64,000 nucleotides of DNA, from the NCBI GenBank assembly GCA_003971905.1, contig RSEE01000042.1, positions 186,001-250,000 on the forward strand. Direction: 5' to 3'. The notes beneath the pieces are model-generated. The model did no database searches and was not told where the DNA came from. It was given only the letters and a program-made list of their open reading frames with translations. Positions 47,893 through 59,998 of this stretch are shown here, in pieces. The translations under genes and the position numbers were made by a program. Numbering within the stretch: the stretch's first letter is position 1; each line of letters opens with the position of its first letter. The stretch is from Moniliella sp. 'wahieum' (lineage: Eukaryota).

Positions 47893-50800
47893 ATGCCCTA
47901 TCCATCTTCTTCTATCCCCTCACTCTGAACCAATTCTCCAGCCTCCTCACACTGTCTTCGATCCTCCTTCCCTCCAACGGGCCCACTACCCTGCACGACT
48001 TGCGCCCTCTCTCCTAACTTCAGCCCCGTTCCATGCCACTTCCTCAGTATACGAAAGGGATCACGGGGCAGCATTCGGCCCCAACGGCGTCGCTAGTGCA
48101 TACGGGGAGCTCCCTGTATGGCTGCGCGATCGTGAAAATTCTGCATTGGATTCTGAGGTACGTTTCTGTTCAAACTCTTTTGATGCCGATGGCCTGCCTC
48201 CGCTGCCAGTTCTGGGAGACTAGAAGTACTAGCTAGCGACTTACGGGACTGGGTACGGCTGCACACGGGAGGTGACGTGCACGACTGTATCAGTGCTGTG
48301 GCTTCTAGGGGGAACGCCAGGAGTCGTGATGCTACTTACCCGCGTGCGCGCGGCGCACGGTACCGTCTGGGGGCAGGGCAATGAGCAAAAGCACAGAAGC
48401 TGACCGTGTCTGCCTTTCTTCACTTTGTCCTTTTTCGAATGCCGTTGTTGGAACCCAACCGTCTGTTCTCCACCATTGCGTTAAACAATCATCGATCGTC
48501 GTGCTCTGATCCTCGCTTGTGACTGCGTGGGGTGACCGATACGATGTGCTTGTGGTTATGCCGTGGCGCGCATTCCCCGCCAATGCGCTTACTGCGCTTT
48601 GGACGTTTCTGGACTCGCGCCGAACGCGCTGTGTGCCACCTGCAATTCACACTTCTTTGCATGGCCGCTATACCAACGTTATCAACTCGTCACTTACTTG
48701 TCTACTATGCAACTTGCCGGAACCGAACTATTCATATGTGATTGCCTCAACCTCAGCTTCAAACCCAACATTCACCTTCTTCAACATGGTTGCCGTCGCG
48801 TCATGAGCGCATGATCTCCATGGCTGCCCCCACCACTATTTCCACTGAAGCACACGGTTAGCTCCGCTATTCCTGCCATCTCTGCCCGTCCCGTCTTGAA
48901 CCCCGACGCCCTACAGACGAGGCATGAACCGGAATTGGCTCATCTGCCAACTTCAACGACCAATGAGTATATGGCGGTGCTGCTGGCCGCCGGCAATCGT
49001 TCTCCCACCGACAGCCCCATCCATGCGTTCACTTCATCCCTGGCTGCAGACTCAAACGGGTATGGGGCAGGCCTTCCCGAGACCCAGTCTCCCTCTGCAC
49101 ATTCTCCTATGACCACTTTCTCCCGTTTTTCGTCCGCTCCCTCAGCTCCCTTACACGCAACACAAACTTCTTTCCCTTGCCTGGACTCACCCTCCCTTCC
49201 AGACCACCATGACGAGGCCAGCCCGAAATTGTCGGTCAGACCACCCATTTCACCTTTGCATGCGTATCAGTCAGCCCCCGCTCCCGGCTGGTTCCGACTT
49301 CTTCCCCTCGTACCTGGGCCGACATCGACGCTGGACCAACGAAAGTATCACCCCAAGCCATCCCCCGTCATCCTGGCTCTGGGCCTGGTCCATCGTTGGA
49401 TTCTGGTTACCTCCCGCCCCCTGCCTTGGACCTTGATCTTGCTCGTAAACTCGAAGCGGCTTCTTCCCTTACTCCCAGCCGCCCGAACTGGGCTACACCA
49501 ATCGCTCTAAGGGAACAGGTGTACTCCTTACCACATCCTACTACTAGCTCAGGAGGGAGATGCGAGGATGAATATGGGTACCAGCGTCTAAGCCATGCTC
49601 CTACGTTCCTACCTGGTTCTGCCTGCCCCCCGACCCCCCAAGGAAGCCAGCCGTGTTCGCCCGCCCTTCAACCAGAGTGGCAGGTGCGTCGAACGCGAAG
49701 CCGAAGTGCCTTAGCTCCACAACAGGCTGCCACTTATGAACAAATTCACACGTTGGCCGCCGGCCTACCCCTAGGCCCAGAGGCCAACGCTCTGATGCGC
49801 CTGGCCCAAATGGACCTGGCTTCCTCGAACGCAGATCGCCGGATAGGCATTCTGCGCCGACAGACGACAGGGGCCGTCGGCCCTAACCTACAGGGTGGGC
49901 TGTCGCGCGATCCGCAGATGGAGTACCAGGCTCAAGCTCACCAGATACGCTTTGCTTCTGCAGTACCCTCTTCTTCTGCCTCGGTCCATACATCTTTGCA
50001 ATCCTCGTTGCTCCCATCCTCCTCTTCTGGGGGTGGGATTTGGCCCTCTGTCCCCATCCCGCCCACTGTACCCTCGGCAGCCTCTTTGTGGACCGACCAA
50101 GTCCCTTCGGACCATTCTCTTGGTACTGAGTTGGACACACGTCTCCCGGTGCCGGAGGGACCTACGTTCCCCGCTTCAATGCGAGATTTGACCGCCTCTG
50201 GGCCAAGCCTAGCTGATCCAATCTCCAGTCCGACGCAAGACCAGCAGCTGACCGACCCGAGTACATTCGTCCCTGCTATCCTCCCCCATGGACAAGGCCT
50301 TCCCGGTTCTTATTATTCCCACAAGTCCGGACATGGGACAGGTCCAGCCGAGGCCCGCGCCCCGCCAACCGGACCAAGTAGTGCAGCATCGCACGGACGC
50401 GCAGGGCCGAACGTACCTACGAGCCAACGCAAAACGGAGCTGTACAAGACGGAATTATGCCGCAAATGGACCGAACGGGGGAGTTGTCGATATGGTTCCA
50501 AATGCCAGTTTGCCCATGGGGAGAGCGAGCTGCGACCTGTTGAAAGGCATCACCTCTACAAAACTCAGATATGCCGCACCTTTGCCAACACGGGGGGACA
50601 TTGCCCTTACGGGGTGAGGTGCACTTTTCTCCATCCAGACTCGGACAACGTTACCACCCAACCTTCTCTTTCCTCTTCCCTGGTCGCAACTAGCCAAGCA
50701 GGGGGTGCACAATCAGGATCAAGTGGTTCGTCCTCGGCCTCGATTCCCCCCACCCTGGTGGGGAAGAAGGTGGTGCCTGTTCTTTCATCAAGCCCAACCG

Positions 50801-51390
50801 ATCGTAAGCATTCCTCCCCTCAGGACGCGAGCCCTGCTTCGGATCATTGCACCTCCAGCCGTGAAGAAACCAAGTCGGTTCGACAAGGGGGCAATACCAA
50901 GGCACGGCAGGCACATGCACGCAAACCCAGTGGGCGTGGTGGGTCGAGTGGGAGCGGGAGTCCGTCCAATGGAACGTCTGCTGCAGCCAGTGCCACCGTC
51001 GCAGTCTCCCGGTTGCATGAGGCTCTGGCCCATGCTCGTGCACACCCGGGCTCAGTCAGTGTACCCATCGCTTCGGCCTTGAGTGAGGCCGACTCGGCTG
51101 GCTCCACCCCCGTGCCAGAAACCCCTCTCTCCACATCAGCGCCTCCGGTCGGAATCCCCCCATCCCCCATCACGCCCCTGCTCAGAGTAAGCCGGGCTAT
51201 CGCGGCCCCATTGGACGCCGGGCTCGTAACCATCCCAACTCTTGCGGGGCCAGTCCATGATCCGCGCATATGGCCGAGCCATCCGGCTCGAACTAAACTG
51301 CCGCGTCGATCCCGGCCGAGTCGCCCATTAGGGCGCCCGCGCCCAACCTGGGGGACAAGTAACCTACATCCACTTCGTCTATTTGTCTAA
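47893..51390 (+). CDS. tristetraprolin-family tandem CCCH zinc-finger mRNA-binding protein (Zfs1/Cth2-like)
   Basis: [25 protein letters not shown], an 18-aa linker, then [21 protein letters not shown] at 50443..50634. Inferred first exon 47893..48157 and intron 48158..48756. Frameshifts; ends approximate. Confidence 0.9.
48158..48756 (+). other. 599-nt phase-0 intron with a distant branch point
   Basis: GAG|GTACGT donor. GCTGAC at 48399 is followed by a pyrimidine tract, and the next AG is CCTCAG at 48755-48756. Confidence 0.7.
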
Positions 51391-51885
51391 GGCAGGGAGG
51401 GAGGTGGCTGCCCTTCTGAGCCCCAGCCCTTATAATTTGCTCCTCTCTTGCTACCGCCCTTCTTGCACAGCATCAAGGCCAGCTGCTTATGTCTGTCCCG
51501 GGCATATTCTTCCCTCCCCTCTTGCTACTCTCCATTCCTTCCCTCGCTATATGCTCGCGAACACCTTGATTATTATTGCTTTATCACTCTCATATCTCTT
51601 TCAGCTGTTGCCACGCTCTCCTGTTTCTATCTGATCCCCTTGACGAGTCATCACTACCAATACGACTACTTGGATAGCGACTGAGCAGCAAGGCCAAAAG
51701 ATGTTAGACGCATGTGAAACTGCAACAGTGAAAATAGACCATGTATGTGCGAATGCACGTCCATCAGCACGCCTAGTAGGGCCAACAGCAGACCGGGTAC
51801 AAAGTAGGATGCACCCATTTGAACTGGGCTAATCAAGAAGGACGCATGGCAGACGTAAATTGTGGTGGGCAGGGGCAGCTGGGTT

Positions 51886-52925
51886 TTAATCGCGCAGCAG
51901 GCCCGGACGCTTCCCCTTCCAAGGGTCCAACCCTGCTGTTAGCCTCTGCCCAGCAACGAGCGAGGACCAATCAAGCTCAGCGTCGGGCGGCGCGTTGGCC
52001 CGCGCCGCAATCATGTGCGAATTGGCCGAGTCAATCACGTTGACGGGGCAGTCGACCGAGTTGGCCAGACGACGAATCAAGTTCGCATCCTTGATGCCGC
52101 CAGAGAGACTGAATCCGTCTTCCCCGCGGAAATTCGAGTCGAGGATTTTCTTGCCGTACGAGATGGCTGGCTGAGCTGGGAAGACTTCTTGGATAAAGTC
52201 GTAGAAGCGACCGGCTCCCACATCGGTCTTGTCCGCCAACGTCATCGACTCGCCCAGCAGCTCAATCATGCCGAGGATGAATGAGTTGCCCAGCAGCTTG
52301 AACCGGGCCGCCACCTCATGGTTCCCACCAAAGTCCATAATCTTCCGACCCATGCAGGGCGAGAGGAATGGAGAGATGATGTGCTTCGAGCGCCAGTTGC
52401 CACCAGTGGCAAAGATAAGGTCCTTGGCGCGCGCCACAGGGGGCGGACCAAACGCTGGAGAAGCAACAAAGTGGCGCCGGGGAAGAGACGAAACCTTGCG
52501 CTCGATCGCGCCGGTCGTATCAGGGTAGATTGTCGAAGTGTCGGCCCAGACGGTGTGCGTGTTGCTCTGCTCGTCAGAAGCCTGGCGGTGTTTGGCATCG
52601 GCCTCGCACATCTCCCCATACACAGCCACCGCTGCCTCATCGCCGGTAAGAGAGTAAAAACGATCTGGCATGTTTGCACTACCTCGTCAATTGAGGCAGC
52701 AATGACCACCTTGCCACCTTTGGCTTCCACAGCGGCCGCGAGTTTCTCGGCCTTAGCTTTGGTGCGGTTGAAGACTTTGAGTGGTGGCAGAGGCGGCTCG
52801 GCCTGAGGCATAGCCAAGGCCAGGTTCAGCGCCATGGCCGAGCCCATGTTGCCAAGGCCAATGAAGCCGAGCTGAGTGCCCGACGCGCATGAATGCGAGA
52901 GCTTTTTCGCTGAGGACGACGACAT
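51886..52925 (-). CDS. beta-hydroxyacid dehydrogenase (6PGD/3-hydroxyisobutyrate dehydrogenase-like, NAD-binding)
   Basis: LGFIGLGNMGSAMALNL, VFNRTKAKAE, DTSTIYP, SPAFGPPPVA and FKLLGNSFI motifs. One frameshift near 52645. Confidence 0.9.
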
Positions 52926-53779
52926 GGGGAGAGAGGTGGTGGAGGCAGAGGTAGGAGGTCGGAAGGGCGGTGAGGAAGAGGGATGCCGACAGGGTTGGCT
53001 GGGCCGCCACTCTCCCGCCGGGCGCCAGTGTAGAGCGGGCCATTTCTCAAGTGTGTGCTGCTCCGAAAGGGGGGGGGACACTGCCCTGGCGCTGGCAAAG
53101 CAGAGCCGCGGGATTTACACTGCCGCTGTGCGTCCTAGGTCATGGATCCTTGACTGTCCCCGTGCGGTCGTTGGAGGGCACACGAGGTTCCTTTGACGCG
53201 TATGACGTCCACGGCCGAGCGAGAAGAAGCGCACGGGCCAGCGGCATGTGTGTGTCGATGCGCATGCCAGGACCTGAGGCACAGGAACAACACGAATGGG
53301 CCACATATCATAGCCACGCCAGGTTACCGGTTACATTTACACCTGCCACACCCGCCCTGTTGTTTGTCTGCAACCATTGCTTAGGCCCGGGAAGATCGAC
53401 AGATATGTTCAAGAAGATACATGATGTTAATGAAGAGGCATGTAAGGATGTGCATGTGGGCGTCCGCAGTCTGTCTTTGTGAACTAAAAGTCGGCTGTCG
53501 CTATTAGTCATTGATTGTTTCCCCCATGTATGGAAATGCCCCGAGAGCAAGGGAGAGCCAAGGGGTGTAACTAACGTGGTACTGATACAGCGTCAGATCC
53601 TCCCTTGTTTAGGCCCCGCGGTTCCTGGACTTATGACGAGACCGCGGCGGGTATATTAAGTGTAAGTTTTGTTGGCGTATATGCGATCATGGATTCACTA
53701 CCACCAGAGAAAGATGACGCGGCAGAAGCATATATACACTGCTATAGTATATATATAGTTCGGCCGACCATTAACATAA

Positions 53780-54000
53780 CCGCCATAGCAAAACGGAAGT
53801 GCTATCATAGAGTTTTCCCCTGCACGGCCCTCGAGCTTCAAGCTTCACTTTGATCGCGGTGACGCTCGCTTCCCCAGGCGGAAGCGCTCGCAGGCTGCGC
53901 ATCCCCTGCTTCTCCGCCCCCCTTCTCTGTTCTCCTTCCCTTTTCAGACGTGCATGAAGGTTTGTGGCTCACCCTTTTACCTTCACGGCTTTTCTGAAAG
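53780..54000. repeat. dispersed structured element, locus B (third hairpin copy at 53942..53999)
   Basis: Colinear blocks shared with locus A: CCATAGCAA, CCTGC(A/G)CGGCCCTC, CGGTGACGCTCGC, GCGGAAGCG, GCTCGCAGG, a CT tract and TTCAGACGT...TCTGAA. Confidence 0.85.
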
Positions 54001-54404
54001 CGAAGCAACCCGCTTTTCACCGCCTATAGTAAGCGTTCGTGAAACTGGGGGGTATTTCGTTTTTCAATCAAGGCCCATGTCCGGGCTTCATCTGAATCTC
54101 TCTGTACATCGGACGCCATCCCCCCTGCTCACGCTGCCCCCCGAGCCCACCTATTGACGGCAACGAAGCTCAAGCAATACGACGCCTACATGGCCAGTCG
54201 ATCCACATTCTTTTGCGGCCCTCCTGGCCAAACGCGTTGCGCACTCGACTGGTACAAATGAAATTCGTTCCAGCTATACGACAGGCGTGCCTACTCTTTT
54301 CACAGAACGCAGCGCTCAGCCGCTCTACGTTCAATGTAAAATCGTTCTGAATGCTTGACAGGAGACACTCTGGACATAACATGTCATGGTGAGGTTTGTA
54401 TAGC

Positions 54405-57045
54405 TTACACCAAGCCAATGGTGCACACACACCGGAACCGATTCGCCGAGGTGGAAGTGACCGAGGCCACACTCCCTTCGGCCAGGAATACAGTGCCAAG
54501 GAGCGAAGAGGATTTCCACCCCAGGATTGAGAGAGCGTAAACTGATCCGGCCCCGAGCTGAACCGTGTCAGCCCGTTTCCCAAGGGCGAGAAACAGTGGA
54601 TGGAGAAGTAGGCGCGCACAGATCGACGCATGTCCAAGTACGGTTTAGGGGGCGCAATGCCGGGCACCCACTCGGTCATGGGATCAAACGGCACCGAGGC
54701 CGCTGCCTCGGCCGCCTCAAGGCCATCCGGCCCGGGAACGGGGGGACAGACACGCGGGGCAAATCTTCGTTGGGGTTTTGACGGTGAAGGTAAATGCCAA
54801 GCTGGATTCCCTTGCTCTTGTGGACCTTGACCACGTACAGGTTCCACCAACTTCCACCATAAAAGAAGGTAGGGGAGTGCAACTTTGTTCGCTCCGTCAT
54901 GCGATCAATCGAGAAAAATTCGACTCCAAACCGCATGGGTTCGAAAGGCACCCATACCTCTGTCGGAGATTGGGCCACAGTAGGACTGATGGGCCGCCGC
55001 CAAGGACGATCTTCCTCTTCTTGGGATCATCATCAGGTGAATGTGGCGCGTGTTCCCTGGCTCGTATGATGAGTTCATGGCGGCGAAGCGAAAGATCTCG
55101 GTGGACGGGAGAAGGAGCGGGTTGAGCCAGAGGCACGGGGATGGCCAACAAGTCTCTTTGAGCTGCCAAACCCGAAGCGCCCATGCTTGCCCCCGCGGCT
55201 GCATCCGCGAAAGTGTCATCCAAATCCACTTGAAACGTACTCAAGCCCCCACTCAAGGTCGTTATAGAGGTCACCAATTGCCCCAAGCTGTCACCCGATT
55301 TGGCCGTCTCATCTTCTGGAACAGGGAAGAAGCGCCGGTCGAACTGCAAAGTGGATGTAGAAGCCTGCGGTTGATCCGCAAAGTCGGAAAGGGGCACGCT
55401 CAAACCTGTTGTTCGATCTGGATCGGCCAAACATGAGCGGAGACGCATTCCCTCCCACAAGGCACGCTGAACAACCGACTCTGGTGTATAAGTTGTGCCT
55501 GTAAGGGGGCACATATCCTCCGAAATTTCCGAGAGTTGAGGAAAGGACATGTGGCTGTAGTACACCCCATTGGAAAGCAGTTGTTCGTACTCGATCTCGT
55601 CGGGATCTTCCTCCTCTTCATCAGGACTCTCCATTCCCATGGAGGAGCGCTGCAATGCCAGGTAGTCACGCTTTCCCCTTCGACGCCAATTTACCACATC
55701 GCGGGCCACATTGTAACGATCCCACTCGGATGGGACGTAAAACGAGTCAGAGGAAATGAGAGTGCGGATGGTACTGGAGGGAAGACCAAGCAGGGGGTCA
55801 AAGGACCAAACCACGGGGCGAGGTGGCCGGGGAGATACAGATGCCGCTTTCCCCCCCAAATTCCCCCGGTCCAACATGGGTGGTGGTGACGTGGGCAGCG
55901 AATCGGACCTGCGGCGGGAGGAAAGCGTAGAAGACGGAGACAGGGAGCGAGGAGAGCGTGGTGGCACTTGTGGGTCAAGAAGGGGGTACTGTGTATGCAC
56001 CTCACGTTCCCAGGCCAACACATCACTTCCCCATCGGGCGAACCAGCAGAGGGAAGCTTCGCGGACTTTTTCGCTAGCAGGACCATAGAAGAGCGGCCCA
56101 GTGGGGTACGACACAGGTGGGGGTGGTCTGGCAGATGGGGAAGAGAGTTCTTGCCAGCCTTCGAGGGGGATGGAAAGCTCATCGACCGACTCTTCTCTTC
56201 ATCCTCCCACAGTACTGAGTGGGGTGGGATGCCTAAACCAGAGCCAAATCGCGCATAAGCCACTGCCGAATAGGGTGTGAAACTAGCGAGAATGAGGGTG
56301 AGAGCAATCGAGGTGACAGACGGTATAGAGAAGTAAGTGGAGGTCGCGAGGAGCGACATGAGGAAACGGGGTGAAGCCCAGTGGATAGCGGGGGGTGTCT
56401 CGCCAAACACGTCGGCCTCAGGTGGGATTGGGCTTCCTCTTGTGTAGAACCAAGAGGATAAGGGAATGCGGTGCCCAAAGGGCAGTCCGATCGTGGGTTG
56501 GACCATCCGGGCAGTCGGAGATTGGGTGCACAGCCATAAAGCGTGGCCAGACAGAACTCCCAAGCTGGGCGGGACATGTTGGGATCGGGGATATGGATGG
56601 GAATGCGGGGGCGCTCATCGGAGTACGCAGCGGAACGACCCTCGAGGAAGGCGGGGCAGAAGAGAGTATTGAAGAAACCGGCCTGGACGAGGATGAGGCG
56701 GTGGGTGTTGTACTCGCGTCCAAAGACTACAAGGGTTAAGTCGGAGGTGGAGGAGGCGCGTCCGTCGACAGAAGTGCCAAGAACCTCGGCAAAGTGGGAG
56801 AGGAGGCCGAGGGAGGCAAGGTGTCGCTGGGAGCCGGGATCCGCGTCAGTGCCAGCCACACCGCCCGCGCCAGCCTCAGTACCAGCACCAACACCAGCAA
56901 CAGCACAGCACAGCACCAGCACCAGCACCAGCACTAAAGCCAAGGACGCGGCCAAGGTGGATCCTCGGACACGCGCGCCATGGAGCAGAAGCGGCCGGGC
57001 GCGCGGGTGGGGGGAGATGGTGGGGGCAACGCCAGCGGCCGGCAT
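54405..57045 (-). CDS. BTB/POZ-domain protein with a C-terminal MATH-like domain (probable Cul3 adaptor)
   Basis: SDLTLVVFGREYNTHRLILVQAGFF...WEFCLATLYG (BTB), SDSFYVPSEWDRY and PMRFGVEF...FYGGSWWNLYV...LGIYLHRQ...FTLSQSWG. Frameshifts present. Confidence 0.82.
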
Positions 57046-57367
57046 TGGCCGCGGCCTGTCCAAGTGGGGCTAGCGTGGCGGACTGTGATATGTGATGTGC
57101 GTGTGATGCATCGGTCTTGAACAGTTCACCGCCCCGCCGCATTTAACAGCCCATTCCCCCCGCCAGCTGTGGCAACCACATGTTTGCTCCACCGGGGTCC
57201 TCTCTTCACTAGAACTCCTCCATGCCGCCGACCTATATTCGCCGACACAAGGCAAGCACGTTAACTAGAGCGCCATTCCTATCTTCTAGTCATTACACCA
57301 ACTCCCCAACACAGCCCTAGGCAAATCAAGCATGTCAGTCGTACTCGGTGCGCAGTACAACATGCAC

Positions 57368-58155
<788 letters not shown>

Positions 58156-58450
58156 TTAACTATTACGCCGTTGGCTGGCCTGGCCGGAAGCCACTGGCCA
58201 GGTCCAAGGGGAGGGAGGCGTCACTGACGTAATATATCCAGCAGACGGGCAGTGTCGGTTCCACTAGGTCCGCAATCGCGCGCGCGCCGACCCAGTCAGG
58301 TGCTCATCGGCCTGCCTCCTAGGAGGCGATGTGTTGCTTGCCTCCTCTATCTGGCCATCTGACGCAGCATCCCATCCCATCGCACGAGCAACATTGATGA
58401 CGAGTATTGCGGAAAAACGAACAACATCCATCCCCACGCCTCCCCCACGC

Positions 58451-59998
58451 TCACGTTTGCATCCGCTGCGCTGCAGGAAGCTGAGGCGACACAGGTAGTC
58501 CCAGCTGAGGCGACACAGGAGCACCTGCCGCCTGAGGTGAGGAAGGGGCTGATGGGCGCTGGGCATGCAGAGATACGGGTGGCACAGACTGGAGTTCCTT
58601 CTTTGCGGCGGGGGCCTTGCTGGCTTCCACGGGCTGGGAAGGTGCTGGCCCAAGCGGTGGGCCAGTTGGATCCATCGGCCCATCCTTGTAGAACAGACTT
58701 TGGGAGATGCCAAACTGCCATGGCCTCAGCTGCAAACGCGGGTCGAGACGCGCCTCATGTGCGACCCGTCTCTCGGCTGCTTGCAGTGCATCCCCGGCAG
58801 CCAGAAGGTTGATCCCCCTTTTCTCCATTGCTGCTACTGCGGCCCGCGACTCAGCCCGCATTCGGGAAATCTGCTCAGCCGTCACGGCGTCGGCATGAGG
58901 AACGTCTGCGGCCATCGCAACGCCAGTCAAAGCTGCACTGAGTAGACTGGGGGTCTTTGAGGACCCACGTTCGCGACTTGGTGCACCCAGTTCCGCAGGT
59001 TTCGAATGTGAGGCCTTTGGAGTCGTGTTCCCTCCTTTGGCGCTTGTAGCTGGCGAGTTCCGATCGCCAGTCTTAGGAGTATTTGCCGGCACATTGGGCG
59101 AGGCAGGCTTAGACCCGCCGCCCAGTAGCGACCCCAACAGTTCTCTGCGACGCGCTGTCGCAACCTTCTTGGCCTGGAGAGAAGCACGTTTGGCCTTCTC
59201 GGCCTGCTGCGCTTCTTGGGCGGCTTGCTTAGCCTTGAGTTCCTCACGGGACTTGAGAATCCGATTCAGCCCAGCTTGCTCAGCCTGTTTGGCCACCTGG
59301 TCCCGTTCAGAGGCCAGTGCTTTGCGCTCTGCCGCCGATGGCTTAGTTTTGCGCGGTGGGGGATCGTCCTCTTCACTCTCGGCGCGCATGCGCTTTTTTG
59401 GTGGAGCTCGAGGCTTCGGTGCAGGTGCAGCCTCCGGAGTAAAGTCATCTTCACCATCTTCACTGTCAGAGGGGATGTGCTTCTTAGCCCGTTTGGGTGC
59501 TCGCTCACGTCCCTCGTCCCGCTTGGCATCCCGTCCCCGTGTTAAGGTGCGAGCCTTGAGCTTATCCGTCTTTCCACGTCCTTTCCGCGGTTGAGGGGGC
59601 GGGGCCGCATCCGGATCCGAGTCGTAGAAATCCATGGCACCAGGAGGGGTCGGCGCAGGCGCAGGCCGCTGAGGCAGCGAATCGCCGGGAGACTGGACGC
59701 CAGACTGAAGAATACGAGTGCAGTCGGTACAGAAGAAATCCTTGGACCAGTCGCGAGGGGGGCGGTTTGCTTTCCTGTCGGCTTCGTCCCAGCATGCCAT
59801 GTGTTGCCACAGATGGCATCGATCACACCAAAACACTTGGCCCTCGTCTGTTCTGTCGGACGGCAGGCTGTCGCGGTGGGCGTGGCACACCTCGCAGCGT
59901 AAGGTCCACACCTCATCCACAGAGTCGTCCGTTTCGTCATCTGAGGGGGGCACGACCTTGGTGGCCCTGCGCGATGATCTGCCAGCTTTGGCGGGCAT
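58451..59998 (-). CDS. PHD-finger protein with a long low-complexity/coiled region
   Basis: WTLRCEVC...CDRCHLWQHMAC...FFCTDC gives a C4HC3 pattern. The remainder is Lys/Ala/Pro-rich. Confidence 0.75.
   Translation of the reverse strand: MPAKAGRSSRRATKVVPPSDDETDDSVDEVWTLRCEVCHAHRDSLPSDRTDEGQVFWCDRCHLWQHMACWDEADRKANRPPRDWSKDFFCTDCTRILQSGVQSPGDSLPQRPAPAPTPPGAMDFYDSDPDAAPPPQPRKGRGKTDKLKARTLTRGRDAKRDEGRERAPKRAKKHIPSDSEDGEDDFTPEAAPAPKPRAPPKKRMRAESEEDDPPPRKTKPSAAERKALASERDQVAKQAEQAGLNRILKSREELKAKQAAQEAQQAEKAKRASLQAKKVATARRRELLGSLLGGGSKPASPNVPANTPKTGDRNSPATSAKGGNTTPKASHSKPAELGAPSRERGSSKTPSLLSAALTGVAMAADVPHADAVTAEQISRMRAESRAAVAAMEKRGINLLAAGDALQAAERRVAHEARLDPRLQLRPWQFGISQSLFYKDGPMDPTGPPLGPAPSQPVEASKAPAAKKELQSVPPVSLHAQRPSAPSSPQAAGAPVSPQLGLPVSPQLPAAQRMQT

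Noticed and set aside
53954..54157. Cys-containing peptide reading of the hairpin (CLKTCGSPLCLHALSE vs CMKVCGSPFYLHGFSE)
   Set aside because: Locus A has no start codon in that frame, and most differences are non-synonymous while preserving base pairing, so structure explains the conservation better.
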